Source: Camelus ferus
Taxonomy: Eukaryota
DNA length: 64,000 nucleotides
Reading direction: 5' to 3'
Assembly: GCF_009834535.1 (NCBI RefSeq)
Contig: NC_045696.1
Coordinates: 61,134,001-61,198,000 of the forward strand
Part shown: positions 27,050 to 40,188 of the stretch, piece by piece
Numbering within the stretch: position 1 is the stretch's first letter
Layout of the letters: each line of letters starts with the position of its first letter
Position numbers and translations under genes: made by a program
Notes under the pieces: generated by a model
Databases searched by the model: none
What the model was told of the DNA's origin: nothing
Seen by the model: only the letters and a program-made list of their open reading frames with translations

Positions 27050-27660
27050 AAGGGCAATGAGAGGCCACTGCAGGGATTTAAGCAGGAGTGACATGATCAG
27101 ACTTTTGGTTCAAAGAGGGTAGAATCAAGTGGCAAAGGAGCAACACAAGAGGCAAAGAGATGAGAGAAGAGGCTTCATGGACTAGCCCAGGCAAGACATG
27201 ATGGTGTATGGAGAAGTACAGTGTCAGGGAGGTGGAGAAGTGCTTGGTTGGAGGGAGGTTTCGGGGATAGAACCCACAGGCTTGATGGGAGAGGTCATTC
27301 TTCTGCTCCACTTTGAGCCATGGGAAGGATGATGGTGCCAGTAACTAAGAAGGGGAACACCAGTGGAGCAGTAAGTTGGAGACATGAAGCGGGGTTTCAG
27401 GAGGAGAGGACATGAGTTCCTTTTGGGTAGGGTGACCATTTACCACTGTCCAGACCAGCACAAATTTAAAAATGAAAGGAGGCACCACTGGTGCAGTTGG
27501 GACAACGACATGAACTGAGCCTGTAGCTGGCAAATCAGACACACGGTCGTTCTCATTTGGGGACATATTGAAGTGGGAGGTATCGATGAGATACTCTGGT
27601 GAAGATATCAAATAGACAGGAGATGTACGTGCCTGAGTTTAGACGAAATTTTTGACCATA
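27050..27660 (-). mobile_element. L2 fragment interrupted by MER81-like hAT-Blackjack element (27428-27553)
   Basis: aagcaggagtgacatgatcagac; tagggtgaccat terminus. Confidence 0.7.
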
Positions 27661-29148
27661 GAGTTTTCCACCAGGAAAACAAGGGAGTTGTTTCATTCCA
27701 ATTGCTTTACGGTGTTTAGGACACGTTTTATGACTGTTGTCACTATTTGATACCATAATTTAAAAAAAAAAGAAAGAAAGAAAGAAAGAACAAACCAACG
27801 AGCATGAAACAAAACCCTTATTCTCTGGTTAGAGCCTTGCCTTCCCTCCCCACCAGCCCTCAGCAAGAACGAGAAGCAAAGGTAAAATTTACTCGTGTTT
27901 TTCTCCATGTCTGTGAGTCTGCGCTTCTGTATAAATGACCAGTGCATTAAACAAAGCAAAACAATGACTTCTTGCACACTTCTCAGGGCCCAAAGAACAG
28001 CCTTTCATCAGATGAGTGCAGAGGGTGAGGAAGGCAAAGAGAAAGTGGGGAGGCCAGGAGGGAAGTGCTGAGCAAATGTCGAGGTTTGATTCAGGCATCC
28101 AGGCCAGATCTTGAACTTCTGAACCATGGGAAAGGGCCACTGTGGGTGGAGTCCCTGGGACATAGGAACTCGTTCTGACTGAGGCAGATCAGGAGTCCAG
28201 CCCTTGTAGATGCAGCCTAGGTGTGGGGGTGGAGGGATGTAACAAGAATAAATGAGGTGGTGAAACCAGAGCTCCTACAAGGTGTTAGTAGTTTGATGCT
28301 GCCAACCTGCGAGGCACTAAGAAATGTGAGATGTACTCATAGCTGACTCACCCAAATTCTCTAGAATGCAGGTGAAATCCTTTGGGTACCTGGCTGGAAT
28401 CCAGAATGACTTCCCTGAGTGGAGGAAGCCTCAGAAAGGAGGAAAATTGCAGAGAAGAGGCTGAGGAGCATCCCAGGGGCCTGCGTTGCAAGGAGCAGCA
28501 TCTCCTGTCTCACTGTGCTGGGAGGTGAGGGTTGGGAGGGGGGCTTTGTGCAGAGGGCACTTATGTTTGGGGGTTTCCTTGGGTGGGTATTTCTGTTTTC
28601 TGCCTGGGATGGAGGCAGAGGGGAGTGAGAGAGAGAAGGTGGGTGGGGATGAGGATGTGAAAGTCTTCATCTCAGGGAGGAGGGGCTTTTTGCAGGAATA
28701 GCCTTGGCCAGGGACTCCCAGCTTCCCTCTGGTGTTTTGAGACCTCAGACCCTTCCTCCCCGGCTTTGCTGCCATCTCCTGCCCTGGCTTGCGATGCTCT
28801 GACTGTGGCCTACATCTACTTGCTGGGGAGGAGGCCCTCCTTCATGTTGCCTCCAGGGCTTCCTTCACCCTGCTGCAATCTCTTGTGTTTCCCACTCTGC
28901 CTGACTGGTCCTCACAGTGCCTCAGGGTTTGACTGAAGCTTATTCATCAGGTCTTTGCTGAGGCTCTTTCTATCCCCCCAGGCAAACCAACCATAGCTTC
29001 CTCACCTGCCCTCCTGCTAGGGGGTTTCCTAGGTGCCCAGAGCCCCAGCCTTGCCTCTCCTCCTGGTCCCTCCTGGACTGGCCTGTGCACCATGACTTTA
29101 CATTCCATTTACTGAGCTGAAAAGATAGACCTACCTGATGTCCAAAAC

Positions 29149-29771
29149 TGTGAAGGGTCTGCCATACTTTCATGGATTTAGGCAGAAGACAGGAAACTCA
29201 TGCATCAGAGACAAAGGACTTTGTGACTCCAGGTGCAGTGGGGAACCTGACCTTCATGTTCACATTGGCTTCCCTTGTCTCCGAAGTCCCATAGGGCGAT
29301 GCAGAGGCAGGCCCAAGTGGATTCTGGGACACAATGGATTTGCATCAAAGCCGAGGAACCCTTACTTTAGGGAAACCCCAATCTTTTTAAGGGACTGCAA
29401 GAAAACCTTCCCAAACTTTCCCCAGAGGTAGACATCATCGTTATTATATTGGGCTGCAAACACATTTGCCTTTTGTCCCTGAGGGAGACACTATCTCTGT
29501 CTTCCAAGGCTGTTCACACTTTATAAACACCCTTGAAAAGATAGTGTAGAACAAAAGGCTGTCAGTACTTCTGCTTCTTTTGTTTTTATGAGGGTGGAGG
29601 TAATTGGGTTTAATAATTTATTTATATTTGGAGGAGGTACTGGGGATTGAACCCAGGACCTCGTGCATGCTGAGAATGCACTCCACCACTTGATCTATAC
29701 CCTCCCCCCAGTACCTCTGCTTCTGGGACTTGCAGAAATGTGAGAGACCAATGGGGATTTATCTCCCAACA
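29149..29771 (-). mobile_element. ERVL LTR40-like solo LTR
   Basis: Reverse strand starts TGTTGGGAGA..., includes gggagacactatctctgtcttccaaggctgttc; ends CA. Confidence 0.8.
29579..29708 (-). mobile_element. Vic-1-like SINE inserted in an LTR40
   Basis: tRNA-like head on minus strand; TSD cagtacYtctgcttct at 29563-29578 and 29709-29724. Confidence 0.9.
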
Positions 29772-30066
29772 TCCAAGACTGAGGGATCCCCAAGTCTGAC
29801 TGGCTCAGCTTGTTGGCTCTTTCTCCTCCCTTGGGTTTACTGGGGAGACTCACTCAAGTGCCCTGTACTCCCTTCCCCCAGGTCTCTGTGCCCAGCACAG
29901 TGCCTGACCCCTAATGATTCTCAATATATATTTGTCAAATGGATGAATAAATACCTGGGTCTTTACAGAATTTCTGCTTTACAATGTAAAAAAATAGCTT
30001 AAATATTAAAGAAACCACAATAGAAATGACAACTAACATTTATCAAGTACTTACCACCTGCTGGCA

Positions 30067-30856
30067 CAGTCAGTTCCACTGTAACCAGAGCTGGCTTCAC
30101 GGGTATGTCCCTGTGCGGTCAGACAGGGCCTCAGGCTTAGGAGGGCACCGGGCTTGGTTTAAAGCTCTGCTGCCATCATCTCGAAATTCTTAGTTTTTTC
30201 ATTTTTTTTCACAAGGGGCCTCACGTTTTCATTTCACATTAGGCCCCACAAATTACATGGCTGGTGCTGGCTATAACACTACATACGCTTTCCTAAAATT
30301 CACAGTGCTCTGCAGAATCATGGACTGAAAAGTCACAGGGCTTATGGGGAAAATGGGGTTGGGACACAATACTCAGACTTTGTCAGTGACATATAAAAAA
30401 TATACCTAGTAAAAATGGTAGGAAGGTTTTGCACATTGAATGGTTAAGAAATACCTGACTACTACAATAAGTATGGCACTTGGCCTTGAGAGAGACTTGA
30501 GGTTGGCTTCTGAATGCGGGTGTTGGAAAAGATGTTGGCTCCTGGACGTGGCAGCTGTGTGTTATAGTGGAGGGTGGAGGGTATCAATTATCTGATGCCA
30601 GATGTGGAAGGATGTGGCTCATAGCACATGTGGTGAACTGAGGAAGCTGGAGATGTCTGCGGAGTGGCCATGTATGCGTTTTTCGTATTCCTCAGTGGCT
30701 CGGTTCAGCTGCGTGCAGTTTTCTGCTTTCACTTAGCGTTTCTCATCATTCATAAGCAAATGTAAAATTTGCAGTAGGTTCAGACTGTTCCCTCATATAT
30801 CAATCGCACTGGAACAAATTAGCATTTCTGAGACAAGCATTATAGCAGACTCTCGT
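30067..30856 (+). mobile_element. Tigger13a-like DNA transposon
   Basis: cagtcagttcc..tataac start; cacagggcttatggggaaaatggggtt; cattatagcagac end. Confidence 0.75.
30086..30269 (+). mobile_element. MER45A-like hAT-Tip100 MITE nested in the Tigger end
   Basis: cagagctggcttca...ggctggtgctg; 8-bp TSD relic actgtaac/gctataac. Confidence 0.85.
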
Positions 30857-32464
30857 GCGCTGCTCTAACGTTTACAGGAACTGACCCATAAAACCTTCTC
30901 AATTCTAACCCCGGGAGGTAGTTACTAGCAGAGATTCCCATGAGAAAGTGATGAGGACCCAGTCTAAGGGAGGGGCACGGGGAACCTCACAGAGTCTGTC
31001 CTCCTCTGTACCACACGCTAAACTCTCAAGCTTCCCAGAGAATCTGTAAACAATGAAAATTGCTGCCTTCCAAGGGCCAGCCAGCCTGGTCAGGACTGAT
31101 TGCCTAAATGGGCCCCTCACCCAGCCACCTACTTATCAATTGACAAAGAATATATAAAAATAAAAACAAAATCACTGCTCCCAGGCAAATTTTCTTCTCT
31201 CCCCTCTTTTAAAAATCCTGTTTTGCTTTTGTTCATTAACAACAGCGTATTGGCTGTTGCACCTCATACATGTAAGTAAATTATTTGCATGCAGATAACT
31301 ACCTCTATGTCTCTGAGTAGCTCAGAGGTTTAGTAACTCGTCCAGGATTTTGCAGCAAACATGGACCAGAGCCAGAATTAGAGTGCAGGTCTGTCTCTCT
31401 CCACAGCTTTTCACTCTTGCTACTCAGTGTCTTCCCACAGTGACAGAGTATCCTGGTGGAGAGGTCAAGGTAGGAAAGGCAGGTGGGGTTTGAGGGCTGG
31501 TGAGAGGACCCATCGCAGATGACAAATGGCTGTGCCTGGCCCAAGAGGCAGGACTTTGAAGGGCCTTTCTGCCCTGGAATCTTCCTGACAAGCCCATCAG
31601 GGGTGGGAGTGAGGGCACTGGGAGGAATGCAGGCCAACCCTCCTCTGTCCCACGTCGGGGGCAGAGTTGGGGTGCCAGGCTTTGTGCCCAGGAAGGAGGC
31701 ATGTGGCCCTGAGGTAGGTAGAAACTGGGCCTAATCAGGGATCTGAAAGAAGGCCAGAGGGATTGGGGCTGAGGGGGAAGGATGAGTGAAACAAGTCTAG
31801 AGAGCTGGGTAGGAGTCAGGTCCTTCAGGTAATCAAACTCTATGGGCATAAGGATCTCCTGGGGGAGCTGTTTCCAAGGCCAGCTCTGGAGCCCACCCTC
31901 CACTGAGCCTCAGCCAGAACACCTGCATTTTTATTTATTTCCCCAAGTGAGGCTGAGGAAGGTGGCCAGAAAAGGACTCTCACTTCAAGGAGTACAGATG
32001 TAGGTCTTATCAGCCATTTGAAGGATCTAGGACTTATTCTAAGTGGAGTGGAGCTGTTGAGACCAAAACCATGCAGCAGGCTGGCTGGCACAGATCTGAA
32101 CACAGTTTTGATTCCTAAACCAGAGGGACACTATCTCTTCCTAAAAGGAAGATGGAGTCATATGGGTGCACTGAGGGCTGCAGGAAGGACCCTCCAGGTG
32201 AGGGAATGGTGTCAGCCAGAATTTGCGTGGCTCAGAGGTGGGTGAGGCAAGGCAGCCACAGAGCCACTGACCTTAGCTGAGTCACGATGCTGGTCTCCTT
32301 TCCCCATTACCTTGCGGGGGCCTCACATAGTCCCAACCCAAGTGCTTTTGCATCTGAATCTCATTTTGACCTTACACATAGTGTACTGCTGTGGGGAGGG
32401 TCGACCAGAATCATTCTCCTTCTTTCCCCAATGATTACACTGAGGCTCCCCTAAGCGAAGGTGC

Positions 32465-33544
32465 TGTGAAAGTATTTCAATCTACAATGGAACCTGAGGA
32501 TATAACTTAAGGGAAACAAAACTTAAAAACTGACAGACTGATTTTTCATAAATGCCTCATTAACAGAAACTGGTAATATTGGTATTTTCTTAAATGATAG
32601 GGAGTTGCTCAGGGGTGACTTCATATCAACCTTGAGAAATTCTGCTTATGGTTTCCATAGGCATAAAGAAGAAATGGTCTCACAAAATGAACTGACTTGA
32701 GCTCTGTTGTATAACTGGACTGGTTGCATCTGCTTGGGGAATTTTCAAAGCTGGTCTCTGTTTTTTATTTCAGGAGACTCTAACTGAATCCTCTCTATAC
32801 ATTCCCTGCCCATAAACACAGGCTACCCCAACCCCTCAGCAGACTTAAATGTAGCTTGCTACAGTTTGCATGTTTTTTTTTTATTGAGTTATAGTCATTT
32901 TACAATGTCGTGTCAATTTCTGGTGTACAGCCCAATTTTAGTCATACATGAATATACATATATTCGTTTTCATATTCTTTTTCACCATGAGCTACTACAA
33001 GATCTTGAATATAATTCCCTGTGTTATATAGTATATATTTGTTTATCTATTCTATATATACCTGTCAGTATCTACAAATCTCAAACTCCCAGCCTGTCCC
33101 TTCCCACCTTCCTCCCCTCTGGCAACCACAAGTTCGTATTCTATGTCTATCAGTCTGTTTCTGTTTTATATTTAAGTTCATTTGTCCTCTTCTTCTTCTT
33201 CTTCTTTTTTAGATTCCATATATAAGTGATATCATATGGTATTTTTCTTCCTCTTTCTAGCTTACTTCACTTAGAATGACATTCTCCAGGGACATTCATG
33301 TTGCTGCAAATGGCATTATGTTGTCATTTTATGGCTGAATAGTATTCCATTGTATAAATATACCACAACTTCTTTATCCAGTCATCTGTCGATGGACGTT
33401 TAGGTTGTTTCCATGTCTTGGCTATTGTAAATAGTGCTGCTAGTTTGCATGTTTTTAATTGCAGTTCTTCTGCTATTCTGGAATAAACTCATCTTTTTGA
33501 CAATTTTGAGCTTGCCTCATTTTATCTTTTTATTTAGGTTAATA
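32465..33544 (+). mobile_element. ERV 5' LTR (interrupted by an L1 3' end)
   Basis: Direct repeat of 37060-37521; begins TG; AATAAA near its end. Confidence 0.9.
32878..33441 (-). mobile_element. Younger L1 3' end inserted into the ERV 5' LTR
   Basis: Poly-T head, L1 3'UTR sequence, TSD agtttgcatgttttt at 32863-32877 and 33442-33456. Confidence 0.9.
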
Positions 33545-33549
33545 TTCCT

Positions 33550-33567
33550 TGGCATCAGAAATTGGAT
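33550..33567 (+). other. Degenerate primer binding site (tRNA-Leu-like)
   Basis: TGGCATCAGAAATTGGAT just after the 5' LTR; 14/18 match to TGGTGTCAGAAGTGGGAT. Confidence 0.55.
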
Positions 33568-34215
33568 TCAAAGGAAATGACCTCAAAGGACAATGACTCT
33601 TGGAATTGAGCAAGGTGCCTGCACTGAACCCCTTGTGCTCATCACTTCCATGAGTTGTTCATGACTTGCAGTTTGGTGAGTCTCCTCTTGGATTCTGAGC
33701 TCCCTCCCTTTGGTTGAGCTCTCCGACTTTATGACTTTATTTGGAATCTGTTTAAAGGATTTGTCCTTTTTGGTGAGTAGTCATTTGTTTTCTTATTGGG
33801 AGCATGCTAGAATTTTGGTATAATTCCTTTGGGATTCTTGAGAGCAAAAATGAATGAATGAATGAGTAAATAAATAAGTAAATAATCAGTGGGTATGGGT
33901 CAAACAAATAAACACTACTAAGAGTACTTCCCACCTCCTGATGAGAAACTTTGTTTTCAGAGCAAGACTCCCATGAGAGCATAAACTGGTCATGGATAGG
34001 CCAGATTGACATTAGGTTGCCTGCAATTTCCGTGCAACACGGGACACCTGGTTACGGGTCGAACAACTAGGGCAAAAGGCCATCAGTCAGGAAAAAAAAA
34101 ATAAAGAGAATCCCATGAAAGGCACTCTGTGAAACCAAACACAGCTCTCACCCTGAAACAACCCCCTTCAGACTATTAAGGAATTTTCTTTTGCTTTCAA
34201 GAAACCCTCTGAGAT

Positions 34216-35500
34216 ATGTGATCCCAGTCATCTGAATGGTCTAAGGGTGGCCTTCCTTGAAACACCCCGGCTGGGTTTACATTAAAAAAAATTATGGTTT
34301 TTCCTTATGTGCATTTTTGACTAAATGGACCAACCTTACTAAAGATGACTTAGAACTTCAAGGGCCATTTGAGGAACTTTAGATCTCCCCAAACTTGTTT
34401 TTCTATGGACTAAATTAGAAGGCTGAGGCAAGAGAACTAAATAATCAGAATGGAATAGCTATTTTAATTGGTAATGAGAGGCTTCTAAAGGATTCAGAAT
34501 TCTAAAACTGCCTCTTTACAAAATACTATTTCTAAGTTAACAAAAGCAAATAAACAACTGAAAGGAGATTTTTAAAAAGCATTTGAGGCCTCTTCCTCGG
34601 CAGCACCAGCCAAGGTTTCCCATAATCTCACTGCTCCACCTTCTCTACCACCTTTGCCTTCTTCCAACCCCTTCCTTTATCTGAGCTCCTTTCTTCTCTA
34701 GTGCTGTAACCTAACCAACTGTACCTGCTAAAATTCTCTTTTGTAAAGTTAGGCCTTCTGAGGATCCTGCTAAACCTTAATTTCTTAAGTCCCATGGACC
34801 AAAGCTGAATTTAGAGCTACAGTAAAAGATTTTCCCAAAGTCACTGTGGATCCTCATAGATTTGCTGAAGAATTCAGTATTGCAATTCAACTTTATCAGC
34901 CTGACTTCTCTGATCTTTATCCATTAGTCCACATGCTTACTGGAGAAAGTTAAGCCCAGCCTTGGATGAAAACTGCTAGTTGAGAAAGCCCTGAACCATC
35001 TTTAGAATTCCAAGTAAGTCAACCACCAGCTCTTTTATATGACCAAGCTGGTACCATAGCCAAAAGGTTGCATCTTGCCATTCCAAGGACTTTCCCTAAA
35101 GTGGTAGACTAGAACAAAATTCATGCATGCACCCCAAAGCCTGCCAAATCTATTCATAATTACTACAGCAGGCTTCAAACTATTTTTAAAGAAAATTCTG
35201 GACTCCCTGTAGACATTGAATCCACTAGGGTGACCTTTAATTTAATGTTTATAAATTATTTAAACAGAGACCTACTTCTGTTAGTCAAGAGAACCCACAT
35301 AGAATGGGAAACAATATCTACCCCTGATCTTGTCAATCTAGCTAACCAATTAGCCTATGCCCTAGAAAATGATTCTAAAAGAAGGGCAAATAAAATCTAA
35401 ATCACTAAGGCCAACTAGTGGAATCTCCCAAGCAAACTCTTCCTACCATACTCTGTCATGATGGTAAACAACCTGGCCATGGAAAAGGGACTGCTACAAA
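34216..35500 (+). pseudogene. gag: ERV gag remnant (MA, CA, degenerate zinc knuckle)
   Basis: PWTKAEFRATVKDFPKVTVDPHRFAEEFSIAIQLYQPDFSDLY...IHNYYSRLQTIFKENSGLP...EWETISTPDLVNLANQL from 34792 with in-frame stops; CHDGKQPGH.(W)KRDC knuckle relic near 35454. Confidence 0.9.
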
Positions 35501-36049
35501 CTTAAAAGGTTTAGATGATTACAGCTTCCCAAGGGTCAAGGCTCAAACTCATCTCAATGATGGGGATCCAAGGAAACACAGAGACCGTTTCCCATTCTAC
35601 AATATGTCCTGGTATAGTGTTATCAGTCATAATTCCAGCTATTACCTTAAAATATTACATATCATAAAAATAACCAAATTTACTTGTTAATTGCATCATC
35701 TTGTGTGTATGTGAGCTCTCACCAGATATTTAACAATGGCTGTTTTTAAGTCTTTTGTCACTCACCATCTTCAAAGAGATCCATGGGAAAGACTCTGACA
35801 AGTACTCTAAAATGCAGGTTTCTGATGACTTTACAATCATAACACTGAGCTGGGTAAGAATTTCTAAAACTTTTATGAAACACTGATTCATAAAGCTGCT
35901 AACCCAAGATCAAGCAAAACAAGAATTAATTACATAAGAATGAATAAACTGATAAAGATGACTATATTTCTGATTATAAAACCCCCTCTTTCATTCCAGG
36001 GAAAAGAATCTGAGTAAAGGGACCCAACTATGCCTTATTCTTAGAAGAC

Positions 36050-36670
36050 ACTAGGTATTTATTTTTATGTGGAAGAAACGTATGTTCTACACTTCCCCTT
36101 AATTGGAAAAGACATTATGGGATCATTGCCCTCACCCCTATTGTTAAAATTAGAAAAACTCTTCCTTCTACTTGATCGGGGGACTTCCTCCTATCATCTT
36201 AAAAGGACATGTTGGAACTAGGAAGGTTATCCTTTTGGGTGGATGCCTACGTGTGACCCTATAGTAGATAGAAAAGGTTTGGTGCTTACTTTCCCCAGAG
36301 CCTTTTTAGTTTGGATTGGAGTAGCAGACCTTGAAAAAGCAATTCATAATCTTTCCATAATTACATCTGCCACTTTCAGTGCTTCTGTCTAAGCTTCTGA
36401 ATATGGACAAACCTTGCAGAAGCAGTCCTACAAAACTGCAGACCCTAAATCTCCTCACTACTTAGAAAGGAGAACCTGTGCCCTCCTTGGAGAAGAATGC
36501 TATTTTTATGTTGAGAAAACAACACAATAACTAAAAATAATGAAAGACAATATCAGGCTGCCAGAAGGCAGTAGGAAAAACTGGTTGAGAAGTATTTTTC
36601 AATCAACAGCTGTCATTGAGATTTGGTCCTTAGTTTAATCTTTTAATTTAAATTTCTGCTGTCTGTTAGT
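36050..36670 (+). pseudogene. env: ERV env remnant (C-terminal SU and TM)
   Basis: YLFLCG...LPLNWK; fusion-peptide-like RAFLVWIGVADLEKAIHNLS; ISD/CX6CC relic LAEAVLQNCR..LNLLT..KG.TCALLGEECYFYV near 36414-36512. Confidence 0.85.
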
Positions 36671-37059
36671 AAACAAATGTCTCCTTCTCAAATGCACATA
36701 CAAAATAAAATTCTTTTCTCTTTGAAGGCTTTCTGGAATTCAACTGACCATGAAAACTAAACTATATAACTTAGAGGGACACAACTGAGATTCTTCATTT
36801 TTCAATCCTTTTGTTATTTAAATGAGGTCAGTGAAATTCCATACCATTTCCCTTTTTTTGTGGGACAAACCACCCGAGGATGGTCTTCCTCAGCTTCATG
36901 GGAAAAGACACCTGAGGGCAACCCTCTTCAGCTCCACAGAAAATACAATACAATCTACCTTTAGAGAACTATACCTTAGACAAAAATTAACAAACAAACC
37001 TGAATAACATAATTGATCAGCAATGCTTTCTGTGAAAGATCTTGGTCAAAAGAGGAAAA

Positions 37060-37521
37060 TGTGAAAGAATTTTAATCTAAGATGGAACCTGGGGATATAA
37101 AATGGAAAACGAAATTTAAGCATTGAGAGACAGATTTTTTTGTAAATACCTCATTTACAGAAAACTGATAATATTGGAATTTTCTTAAATGATGAAGAGT
37201 TGCTTCATATCAATCTTGGGAAATTTTGCTTATGGTTTCCAGAGGCATAAAGAAATGATCCAAGTCAGGTTGGTCTCACAAAATGAGCTGAATTGAGCTT
37301 TTTTTTATATGACTGTACTGGTTTTGTCTGCTCAGGGAATTTTCAAAGCTGGTCTCCATTTATTATTGTTTTTCATTTTAGCAGACTCTAACTGAATTCT
37401 CCTCTCTTTACCTTCCTGCCCATGCATGTCCCGAATTACAATTCCTCTGCTATTCCTGAATAAATTCATCTTTTTGACAATTTTGAGCTTACCTCATTTT
37501 ACCTTTTTCTTTAGATTTATG
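37060..37521 (+). mobile_element. ERV 3' LTR
   Basis: Follows the PPT; direct repeat of the 5' LTR with many substitutions and an internal deletion of about 55 bp. Confidence 0.9.
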
Positions 37522-40002
37522 TCATTTCCTTGATGGCCTATGTTAAGTCAGTGAGTAGAAAAATGTGACTCCAGGGCCCAGTGAGGGAACAGGACTGGAT
37601 TTGTCAATGGGCAGCCAGGGTGGTCCTTGCCCGTCCCAGAGGTTATGAGATAGCAGCGAGCTCTGTTGTTACTGATCCCTCACAGGCAGGAGGCTGGGTG
37701 AAATGAGCTCTAGATTTTGACCACAGGGGTCTTCTGTGTGGGTACTGCTTTTGTTCAAGGAGGTCATGAAGATACCAAAACCTGGGCAGCCTCACCACTG
37801 TGTGACCTTGGGCAGCTTCTCCCACTCTGCACCTTGGTTTCCTATCTGTGAAATGAGGTTGGACTAGTCCATGGCTACAGTTTCTTCCAGCTCTGACACT
37901 GTCGGACTCTGAGTCTGCTTGGGTGGATCCTTGATCCTGGAGGGTGCTTGGCCTGGGCAGCAGTGACCCCAGTGCCAAGAGGAACAAGGAAGTAAAAGAA
38001 TGTTTCAAATTCAGTTTCAATCTGGGCTGTTATGAGAACTGGGTGGAGAATGGGGTGCAAGGTAGGAATGTCACAGGCAGGGAGGAAGCGGCTGTGAACT
38101 CAGGTCCCTGGGCCAGGCAGAGGAAATGGATTCCGCTGCATGGTATCCTGGCAGAGGTGAGGACGACGTAGGGGAGTCCCCAAGGGAGGACTCTTGCTGG
38201 TCTCCACAGGCCCACAAGAAGCTCCCTCTTTTCTTACAACCAGGTTGGGTCAGAGGAGCAGGACCAGGGCAGTCACTGATGAAAGGGAAGATAGGGGATG
38301 GGAGGCTCTGAGTTCTCAGCTCCCAGAGCTTTCTTGCCATCACCCAGCACCCCAGGCAGCCCCTCACCACCTGCCTGCCCCGTCTCCCCAGGTGAGAGCT
38401 CAGACCATGTGCCTCCCCTAGGGATGACCTTCATGCTCTGTCCAGCACTGCAGAGCTTCACCATGGCTGTGCAGACCCACAGCCATCTCTCGGGCTTCCC
38501 AGGCTAAGATGGTGTCTCCGTCTGGCTTGTCCTCCTGGGTTTAGCCTCAAACTGCTCTGAAACCCAGCCTGCAGCAGCCTGTTTCCTCTGCCCTCCTGTT
38601 TCTCACAACTCTCCTCTCCCCACCGCCCTGCAGGATTGGGCACCTACCAAACCTCCAGTCTGTGTCTAATCAGGCATCTCCCTGACTAATCTCCCCTCTT
38701 GTCATCCTTCTCCCTTTTCTCTCTTCTCTCCTCCTTCATGCACCTCAGGCCACTAGCTGGCCTTTTGCCCATGCTAAGGTGGCCAACCCGTGATGATCCC
38801 TTTGGCCCTCAGCAAATTTAACATTTATGAAATATCCACATTTCCTAAAGCCCATCATTCTAGAGTTGGGAGGTGCTCCATGGGAGGTGACAAGGAGCCT
38901 ACCGGCCACTTTGGTGGAGCCCATCCTCTCGGTCCAGTAGCCAAGAGTGAGGTCTTGTCCGAGCCTCAGCCTCTGGGGAAATGACTCCTGCCAACCACAT
39001 CCACTAGAGGACACTTGACATATAAACCAGAGTGCCAGTAAGTTAACTGAAAATTTAAGATAGAACTCCCAAACTGGCTGAATGCTTGAGGCCTTTTAAT
39101 TTATTCTCCCCTCTTCTGGTCTGTTTGTCTTCAGCAGGGGCTTTCCCTTTGCAAGGATTAGAACACTTGTGTCTGATAACAGGGTATTTCCTTCACAACT
39201 TCTGGGTCTCTGGAAACGTAAATTAAGTAGCTTGGTATGCCTGGAATCAAAATTAAGCAGGAGGGAAGTGTAAGGCTGCATTTCCCAAAGCAGAACACTC
39301 TTGCATGAACAATTTTCCCATACAAATGACTCATAAAGTCAAGTAAGTTTGAAAAAGGCTGCATACTTCACCCCTACCCTGGAAATTCACTATGTATGTT
39401 GGCCTAGTCAAAGCTCTGAAATGAACAATTTTACAAGAGATTTTCCAAACTTATTTGACCATGAAACTGTTTTCCCCACACTACCTAACACGCTAGATGG
39501 CTAATGCTGGGCTACTGTCAGGTACGGTTTCGGGGAAGTGCCGAGCTGGGCTCCTGTCCCCAGGGCCTCTCCCTTTCCATCAGGCTGCCCCACCTGGCTC
39601 AGCTCCTGGGCGCACTTTCTTGTTCTCCTTGTTGATCAGCCTCTGCTTTCTTTATCTGTGTTATTTGCATTGTCAGGGCTCTGACAGCCCTTCTATACCC
39701 TGATGATAGCTTGGGAGGCCTTTTTGTGTTTAAGATGACTTCTATACCAGCAACAGAGGATGAAAGTCCTGTTTAGAAGAACCAGGTTGAAGGAATTCAA
39801 GAAAAAAAACATAAACTGCAGGTGCACTGAGCTAATAAAAAAGCAGATGTCCATGAGGAATTCAGAAATGCAGGCATGAACCTGGGCTGAGTTTGGGGAT
39901 GACACCTGGGGAGACAAGAATTGCTCTGACTTACACAGTGAACAGAATCTGGATTGTAGGGGTAATCTTAGAAGAAGGGGTGAGGAGAAGCCTTGGAAAA
40001 GG

Positions 40003-40188
40003 AGAGGAAGCCAGATTTCACAAATAAAAATATAGAGCATTCAGTAAAATTTGAATTTCACATGAATAACAGATAATTTTCAAATATATCTCATATGGTA
40101 TTTGGGACATACTTATACTAAAGATTATTTGTTGTGCATGTGAAATTCAAATTTAATGGAACATCCTGTGTTTTATCTGGCAACTCTG
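40003..40188 (+). mobile_element. MER53 palindromic MITE containing a miR-1302-type sequence
   Basis: gccagatt..aaataaaaata..tttgaatttca / tgaaattcaaattt..ttttatctggcaac; ttgggacatacttatactaaa at 40102-40122. Confidence 0.9.

Larger units (their letters stand above)
32465..37521 (+). mobile_element. Class I (ERV1, MER4-group-like) endogenous retrovirus, LTR-gag-env-LTR, pol absent
   Basis: Two related LTRs starting TGTGAAAG, a PBS, gag and env remnants, and a PPT (aaaagaggaaaa) immediately before the 3' LTR. Confidence 0.9.
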
